Shown: in pieces, positions 54,939 to 64,000 of the stretch
Numbering within the stretch: the stretch's first letter is position 1
Layout of the letters: the number at the start of each line of letters is the position of its first letter
NCBI GenBank assembly: GCA_973851085.1
Contig: OZ316776.1
Coordinates: 15,376,001 to 15,440,000 of the forward strand
DNA: 64,000 nucleotides
Reading direction: 5' to 3'
Origin: Ptychomitrium polyphyllum
Lineage: Eukaryota
Position numbers and translations under genes: made by a program
The notes under the pieces: model-generated
Database searches by the model: none
What the model was told of the DNA's origin: nothing
The model's input: only the letters and a program-made list of their open reading frames with translations

Positions 54939-57900
54939 GGAATTCTTACTAGAGATGCAATAAATTATTATTTTTTTATATAAAAACTCCATTTTTAAGG
55001 TGAGACTTATTTTGAAGACATGGTTCAAAGTATAACTTCTTGAAAGAACTACAATTGCACGTTAAAGTGGCACTGCAAAGAAGATTACAAAATAAAAGTA
55101 AGTTTGTTATTAATAATTTTAGTGTACATGTTTGTTTATATATCTTTTTTGAATGAATCTTAGCTTTATGATTCGTAGTTACAATGATTTTTCATTTCAT
55201 TTGAAATCTTAAAAAAAACGTGATTCTATCTTTTTGTGAATATTGCATAAGAAGGTTCCATAAAATAGAGCATAATATAATGGTGAAAAGTTGTGCTTGT
55301 CGAATTCCAAAGTATAGGATTTACATTTAATTTTGCACAATATAATTATATATAATCCAATTGGTTTTACATCAAGAATTTGATTTGTGACCTTTCCTTC
55401 TTCATGTAATTTGCATTAATGAAATACATATTTCAATGCCACAATGTTTTCCTACATAGTTAAGACATGTATTTCAATACAAGCATCTCGGATAATTTAT
55501 CCATTTTTTAAAGCAAACAAGACTATTCCACAAATTTAAATTCCCAAAGATATGATTACAGGCACTTTTAGCACGAGGACAAGTTTTCAAAGATACAATT
55601 CAAAGCATTTCAAGTATAAATTGGAATTTTTGTAAAAGAATCTAAAATTTATTTGTAATTTCTAAGCATAATTTTAATATATTTAAGTTGCATTTTATAA
55701 TAAACTCTATTAAATGTTTGTTGCATTTTGAATCGTTAAACAACTTTGTTGTTTAATGGTTGTGTGCATATAAGAATTTGTTACATATTATCACAATAAA
55801 GCAATTTTTAACTTTACAAGTTTTCACCTTGTAAAAATCATTTTACATATACAAAGTTGTGTCGTGGCCTGTTCACCATTACAATCATTGGCACCAATAG
55901 ATATTAAATTTTATATTTGAGTTAATACAAGGTACTTATAACGCAACTTTGAAAAATATAATTAATTATTTGAAAAAGTACCCCATGTCAATTTTTAATA
56001 TGTTATTTTGGATTTTCATAGAAGAAGATATGTAATTGAAATGGTTTTTGTTTTATTATTGGTGTATTAATAGTCTCTTTTAGGTGTATCAATTAAAAAA
56101 ATTCTAAACAAAAATTTCAAAAACAGAACATGAGTTTAGAAATGTTTGAATTTTTTTGGAAGATCTTAAAATGTTTACAAATTCTAAAACTAAAAATGCA
56201 AAACATATCTCTATGCATATGTATACAAATAAATATGTAAAACAAAATTTGAGATGGCTTTGTTAAATGTCCAAATAAAACTAAAAATAAAGCTTTGCAA
56301 ATGATTATATGGCTTTTGAGAACATATTCCCAAAAATAATTAATTTTTTTCATGTGATACGATAATTACAATAAATAGATAGTTTTGTTTAGAAAATATT
56401 GTCTTTTTTCTTAGCACTTTGAATTTTTTCACAGAAATTAGTAGAAATGGTTGTTTATTATTATTTATGTTGGTAGGATTAAATAAATATTAAAATAAAA
56501 ATTTAAATAAAGAACAATGAAGTTATTTTTCCTAAAAAACTAAAACGTCTTAGCTAAAAGATTATGAACATGTTAAAAATATTCTCTTAAAAGCAACTTA
56601 CCTTTTTGGTTTATACGGTTATTTGGAATTTTATAATGATTGCCTATAATTTTTAAAATAAAAATCTTCATATCAAATTCATGTAAAATATTTAAAACTA
56701 ATATCATAGGTTTATGCCAAGTTGCTTATGAATTTCAAGAAAGGAAATTTGATAGACAACCTTTCAAAAAATAATAAAGTACCCTTAAGGGATTTTTAAC
56801 TATCTTATGAGTAGTTTCTTTTATATTATTGTTGAATAGATGCAAGCAAAAATTACTAATTATGTGAATTTGGTTATTGGGTTTTTTTAAATGTTACAAA
56901 ATTTAATTTAAAAACAATGTTAACAGCTATGATGGATCTAACCTAATGGACTTGATTTACATGTCAACATCTACAACTTTAGCAAACCTTTTTATAGTAC
57001 ATCTTCAAAAAACACACATTCCTTGACTTCAAGGAATTCAACAATTGTAGGATATGGCTTTTACTGGTTAAGCATTTACAGTCCTCATTTTCCATTGAGT
57101 ATCAAAATAATTATTAAATAGCAAATGGGAGTATAATTCAGAGCATTGTGGAGTACTCATTTCGTTGTAATCTTTATTAATGACTACAATTCATATTACG
57201 TATTTACAGCTCATGTTTGAACTGTAAAGTATGAATTTGTATAATCAAATGAATATTGTATCTTTGTGATGGAAATCATAATTAACAAACGAAGGTCGTC
57301 AGCACTACAGCAGCGTATGTGCTTAACTTTCTTATTTGGCGCATGAATGGAAATTATATGTACTGTGTATCCATTAAACAAGGTGAGAGAATTTAGTATT
57401 CTAAAATTTATTCTGACAAGACTGGTACTGTTATTCCGATGCGAATGTCAGTATCGTTTAATTTGGTGACTCAGGCCCTCGCACATGAATCTCATTTGCA
57501 TTTCAAAATGGTAATTAAAATGGATAACATTTCTAAAGTATTTCATTGATGCCACATATAGGAGAAAACCACGAGGAACGAAATTTATAGAGTCTCAAGC
57601 TCTGAGTTCTAGATGAATGTCCTCATTTACTTAAACCTCCATCTTTCGAAGAGTTTGATGGATGCTTCTCATTTATATTTTTGGGGTGGCAGTAGGGTAC
57701 ACAAGTGAGCTTACACGTTGGTATCATCCAAGTTTGGCTCCAGTATTTGGTCGAAAACTTGACAATAATGTCCGAATTTTAGAATACACCACTGCATGGG
57801 ATATTTGAATTTGTACGAAGCGGTCTTAAATAGAAAGACCTCATATTTCTCCTCAAAACATCTACAAACTCTTGGCTCTTGCCTAAAAGATCCACTTGTC

Positions 57901-60900
57901 CTCAAACCATTTTCCAATTAAGCATCTGTTTACCCCCACAACCACTGACTCTACTAGCCCTCCAGGTTTGTGCTGTACATATTTCCCTATATGTGGAATT
58001 CTTAGCCTAAGCGTTGACCTCGGGGTACTATATGTTGTAAAAGTGGCTTTCATTCTATTCGGAATCTTGGATGGCAACAGTGAACACAGTATTTCGTTTA
58101 TTTATATCTATAACTTGAATTGATGTTTTATATATAACATTAATATATTTAGTTGTATTTTTTAATTATTGTTTCGAGTAGTTTTTGAAGCAGCTTATAG
58201 TGTTTGGATTTGCCACAAGTACCCTGTTGAAACCAGGTGATAAGCTGTAGAAATAAGAGGTTCAAGAATGCTGCTCTGGCTTGGGGAGTGTGAGTCAGCC
58301 TTCTTTGAGATGATGGAACTGATAACTTGCAGAGAGCACCATAGCTGTGTTTGATTGGAAAGAACCACAGCCATTGAGAATTTGCTTAAGTATGCAGTAA
58401 GTTGTACTGGTGTCGTTTCCGTTTCTCAGTCTTTTAAAAAAACTGAATAAATTTTATTGGGCTTGTGTTGTTTTAATATCATCACCTCATTGCAGCTGCC
58501 TGAGTCAGTGATCCAACCTGGATAAATAAGTCCCAGTATCAGGTAAGTTATTGCTGGTAAGTACCAAAGTACTTGTTTGCTCATTGAAGGACTACAAATA
58601 TCACATATGACTACTGGCATAGAGTATTATGAATTTAACAGCACTTTTAGTAATAGTGGGAAGTGGTATAGCAATGAGAGGGGATATTGATCAGTGGTCA
58701 AAGTTCAGAATCCATCCAGGTGCACAAGTTTGCCTGACAACCAAGTAGAAATTACAGGTGTTGGATACAACACCTTTTATTTATTTCGGACCTAAAGGTA
58801 TGGGAAGTTTGGCATCATTCACATTTTCTAGCCTTGCAGTTCAAATTCTTTTTCCCAACCAAAACTTAAAGTAAATAATCCTTTTCGCAGTGCTTTCTAG
58901 AATTGGCACTTGAATTCTAGCCTTTTAATATGATATTCCATAATATAACCAATCATTTGTAGTTAAAATACTCATCTTATAATACCAAACTTACTTTTGA
59001 TTATATGAAGCTTTGAAATCCTTTCTTTGTTAAAGTACGAAGGTCATAATCACATATTGTCATCATAGGAACAAATAATAAACAACTTGAGAACAAGTTA
59101 GTGTAATATAATGTATTATTATAATGGAAACTAGTTGTAAACAATTGTAGATAAGTTGTTAATATGTTGATATTTGTAACACCAACCATTTCTAATTAAA
59201 ACTTGATAACGTATTTCATGCAATTTTCAATTTAAATCTAATAACATTTTGTTTTGATATTTTTTAATCATGTCTTGATTTTGCAACATTTGAGGCATGA
59301 ATGTATGTTTCACAATCATGTAACAATTCAATAACATGACATTTCTTTATATTCCAAGCACACCATATTAAAGAAGTTTGAGTGGACATATAATAAGTCC
59401 AATGATGGCCAAATGCATGCAATCATTTTCCATTTAATAAATTATTCTAAATTACCTTTTCAAAAAGCCAATTTATGCATACGAAAGAAGTTTTTATAAA
59501 GTTTGTGGTCTCTTAGCAATTGAATTTACTTCACTTTTGTAGTAAACAAATGATAAGTCTCTGAGATGCATTATACATAATGTAAATGATTAATATGTTG
59601 AGATATGGAAAGACAACTAAGAAACATTTTTATTTTATTTTTATATTGGTAAGTATAAGTACATTGTATAAATATAGATAACTGTATGATATGACTAACC
59701 ATATGGAATTTGGATGACCATTTTTTGAATTGCAAATTGACTAGATTCTTTAGAGAAATAAATGCATAATGATATGAGTTTTCTAGTACAAGATTCAGTT
59801 GATTTTTTTAAATCTTGCATCTAACATTGCAAATTGCATTCAATTCCTACCATTCCAAGTCCTTCAAATACCTTCATATACATTGATGTTTTGAACCACA
59901 TTTGCATTCATTCACATAATACCTCAAAATAAAAAAATTATATACTTTTAAATATTTAGAACTCAAAATCAAATTTTTATTTTTTTTGCATATGGTATAA
60001 TATTGAAGTAAATTAAATTAAAAAAATCACAACAACTTACAATTAATTCATGAATATCAAAATTTATTAAAACATATATAAAATATTGTATCTCTAAATC
60101 CTATTATATCAATTCTAAAGAATTAGTTAAAGAATCTATTTACAATCAAATTAGCACCTCCTAAACCAAACTTAAAGTTTACAAAATATTTAACAAATAC
60201 CAATTATAATATTTCAATAATACCAATGGATGTTTCCAAAAAAATCCACTTATAAGATAATATTACCTATTGTATTATGAGGTTATATGCTACTTTTAAC
60301 GGTCTAATTTTTAATAGGATCCATTAAAGTCCAAAACTATTGAAAAACATACTTTCTTCATAAAGCATTTTGGGCTTCAAAATCTAATTCTAAAAGGCAT
60401 TACAAGCTTTTGTAATATTCACTTATAATCCGAAAAGCCAATACAAAATCTGTAAGCTTTTTTAAGCTCTAATGAATGAAATTTTTTGAAGAATTGTTTC
60501 TTCTTCAATAAAAATTAATTTTAATAAACTCATGAACCATAGCAAGGTATTATGAAAATTTGGCAAACATATTAGTACAAGAAGATTTGATTTTGAAAAC
60601 CTTTTGATGGCCCAAATTTTGAAGTAAGGCCATTTTTGCAACAAGTGTGACATTGCAAGGCCGTTTTGCATACATTGAATTTTCTAATATTTGTTTTGTA
60701 TTAACATATTTTAAAGATGATACCAAACAACTTTGTGATTGAATTTTGTTTTCTTGAACCACTTTTTAATATTGTAATATTACAATCTTCCAGTCAATGA
60801 GATTTCTACTACAGGAGTGTACGGTTGAGATTTCCATTGTTCACACCTGTGACACTTCAAGAGAATTGATGCTCTAAAACTTAAGAAAAAGTTTATATCC

Positions 60901-60995
60901 TTTAAGGGTAAAGGATTTTCTTGGAATCTAGAGTTCATACCGCTGACATGCATTCAGTAAACTGCATTGCATTTCCGCTCATTCATTTTGCTCGT

Positions 60996-61047
60996 GTGAA
61001 GACCAACCCCTTGAGTGAAGACCAGCCCTTGAGTGAAGACCAACTCG
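60996..61047. repeat. 18-19-bp tandem repeat (GTGAAGACCAACCCCTTGA-like), 3-4 copies
   Basis: The core TGAAGACCA recurs at about 18-19-bp spacing. Confidence 0.8.
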
Positions 61048-61950
61048 TTGATTGAAGACCAACTCCTAGTGTTCAATTAGCACTTGAAATCATTACTATT
61101 GCCTCATTCCCAAGGCTGGCTGGCTTGCTGCTGCTAAGTTATCATGCACTGTGTTGTGCTCTTACTGCTTGTCTAACATGCCAAAGACATGCTTCTTACC
61201 GAACTCAAGAACTACTCAAATTTAATCTACTCTTGAAAGGTTATTGCATCCAACTATCATGATTCTCTCTGCATGCAATTAGAGCGCCATGAGTGTCATC
61301 CTGTGAAACAACATTCAGGATGAACAAACATGAAGAGTATGGGTTTACTGGGCACCAATGATGCTCGACTGTTCATCACACTAAAATGTATGATAGCTGG
61401 ATTTTGCACTCTCTAGGGAAGGCTTCAAGAATTAAGACCACAATTATGTTAGCCTCTGCCTGTCAGAGGTAATCTCGATTTTCCTTTTTCCAGTTAAAGC
61501 TTTTGGTTGAAATTAGGTGTCATTTTCAAAAGTAGAAAATTGTTACAAATAGCATTAATAACATTCCTGAATACATTGCTAAATGAGCATGTAAAATATC
61601 TACCAATACTATATTGTTATATCCGTATAACAAGGACATAAAAAAAAGTCATAATAAGTTTGGAACTTAAGACCCATTTATAAGTACGGAAATTTAAATG
61701 AGTATTTATCTAATTCACATACTTTATGCAACCTGTGTTTAATATATTTACATTAATTAAAATTTTGTATTTTACAAAGTACAATATAATATATGTTTGG
61801 AAATAGATCAGTACTTGCTTTTCCTGGGTTTGTCCTCAATACCTACAATTTGTTAAAATAAAAACAATTTCAATTGTAGACTTACATAAAATGATTGCCC
61901 CATACAACAACTTGTATATCATTTGTCAACATTGAATGTTCAAAACTCTA

Positions 61951-62380
61951 TAAGAATGTCCCCATAATATTTTCCCAAGGTGGAATATTTTCCAACCAAA
62001 AATGTTGTACTCTATCTTAAAAAACAAGTATTCAAAAGAATGTCCATGTTACAAGAATGTCCCCATAATATTTTCCCGAGGTGGAATGTTTTCCAACCAA
62101 AAACGTTGTACTCTATCTTAAAAAACAAGTATTCAAAAGAATGTCCATGTTACAAGAATGTCTCCATAATATTTTCCCGAGGTGGAATGTTTTCCAACCA
62201 AAAATGTTGTATTCTATCTTAAAAAACAAGTATTCAAAAGAATGTCCATGTTACAAGAATGTCCCCATAATATTTTCCCGAGGTGGAATGTTTTCCAATC
62301 AAAAACGTTGTACTCTATCTTAAAAATAAGTATTCAAAAGAATGTCCATGTAGTATCTTCCCGAGGTCAAATATTTCCCG
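61951..62380. repeat. 101-bp tandem array, about 4 near-identical copies
   Basis: The unit AAGAATGTCCCCATAATATTTTCCCGAGGTGGAATGTTTTCCAACCAAAA...AAGAATGTCCATGTTAC repeats; the ORF track shows near-identical ORF starts at 61980, 62081 and 62182 (period 101). Confidence 0.95.
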
Positions 62381-64000
62381 ACAAGACATGTTGTACCCCA
62401 TCTAAGAGCAAGCTCATGCATCCCCATATGGAATTATACCTGGTTTTGAACAACAAATGTCATTATCTATGGTTGTGTGGACTTTTACCCTGCACACCTA
62501 ATTAGATACTCAAATCCAAATTACTTCCTACTGCAAATTGCCTGGGAGCACATACTTGTATCCAAATATCTATCAACTTAGCATCAGAAGTCAAGTGCTT
62601 TCCAACCACTGGTATTAAAAATTAAGGAATGAAATTTCCGTTCGTACTAACAGGTTTTTTTGACCCAGGTCAGAATTAGCTACTATGCCCTGTCCAGGTT
62701 CTTAAGGAGAACGATAAACCAGACGAAATTAGGTCAAGTAGTTCACCTCACATTATCTCTCAATCCTTGCAGTATTAAAATTTTCCAAATTGTGTCAAAT
62801 GAAATCTACATTCATGATATTTCAAATAAATTAATATTGTAGTCATTTGCATCAAAATTTTAGGAAATGTAAAAACACAAAGAGTAAAAACATTTCTCAA
62901 TAACCCACTTTGAAAGTATGTAAAAATCCAATAAATGGATCAATTACAGAAAAATCAGCACTTTTTTTTCTTTTTAGTGTTACCTTTGAGGAAGGCAAAG
63001 TTACTTCTTCCCGGAAGTGAAAATGACATTCACAAACAAAGCAAAATCGACAACATTTCAAAGGTCAACAAAGCATGACATCCTTCAGGAGGCGAGATAA
63101 ATTTCCATCAAGTTTGCAACACCCACAACCATAATGTCAAGGTAATAGAAACAACTTATAGTTATTAAAAACACAATTCCAAAAAAAGTCAAATCATATC
63201 AATGAGAAAAATGAACTTAACACAGTCCAGAACATGTTTGTTCGGACACCACATGAAAAGCTTGGATCTTGGAGGCCCTCCCCTTGATTCACCAGGCTCA
63301 CGGGCTAAAGAATGATATGAGTTGGGCACGTCTGATAATGGGGAGCTCCCTTCCACAAAATGGTTTTCAGGCATCATTGCTCCTCATTCAGTACTTGTCC
63401 CACAGGGTACCAGACTGCAGGTCCCAGGACCTACACCAGTGAGGCCACAAGGATGGAAAGTCAGCTTCGTGAGAATTTGCAAGGCATGGTCAAAGCGTCA
63501 GACGCAGTCCTGCCTCTGCTCTCACGTGCCAAACCTTTCCCACCGCCCAACACTGTACTGCCCCTCATACATGATTCTATACGAAAAGCATACGGTGTTA
63601 CCTGTACATTTCGTCCTACGTCCCAAATCCCTGCCTGCCCACTGCACGGCCACTTGAAGACAGTGGCCACAATCACTCGTTTGTTATATTGTAAACACAG
63701 TTCTCGTATGCAGGATTATCAGATTTTGGAAATTTTGTTGGACCTCTAAATGTCACAAGTGTGTACAAACTGTTGAACAATATTCCGGCTGGATAGTATG
63801 GAATTCAAGAATAGAGCAGAGTTGTTGATGGCATGTAGACTAGATTGTAACAATTGTTGCCATAATGTTGCTTAGGAGATTTTTTAAGTGCCTTTTTAAT
63901 GGTGGCTTTTAAAGGTACCCTTTTATGCCACGTTTTGTTCAAATGGTGATGAAAGTCATATATTGGTCCAAGTCATCAATTTTTTTCCCATGTATAAGAT

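Noticed and set aside
61980..62505. Three similar ORFs suggesting a gene family
   Set aside because: They are translations of the 101-bp tandem repeat.

Overview
Eukaryotic nuclear DNA with GT-AG introns, most likely a moss or other bryophyte (inferred from gene content and composition). A gene-rich island at about 1.4-38 kb holds six intact spliced genes whose exons I joined in frame by hand. They encode: (1) a 14-exon, ~617-aa bacterial-type protein with a probable transit peptide, a LolA-like-looking N-domain and two retropepsin (DTG) lobes; (2) a NIP II (NPA/NPV, ar/R A-I-A-R) aquaporin; (3) a spastin-like AAA ATPase; (4) TFIIA gamma; (5) an isocyanide-hydratase-type DJ-1/PfpI protein; (6) a SUV39-class SET protein with an N-terminal extended PHD finger. 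The island also contains a frameshifted nepenthesin-like aspartic protease pseudogene. A GC-rich cyclin D gene at 50.5-52.4 kb lies between two long AT-rich, CpG-poor regions that carry tandem arrays (62-bp and 101-bp units) and decayed coding-like patches. The strongest leads are the ePHD+pre-SET/SET architecture, the two bacterial-type genes with introns, an AUG-stop upstream of the boron-type NIP, and a 110-bp TIR element with a 14-bp flanking duplication. All family assignments come from motif recognition; no database searches were run.
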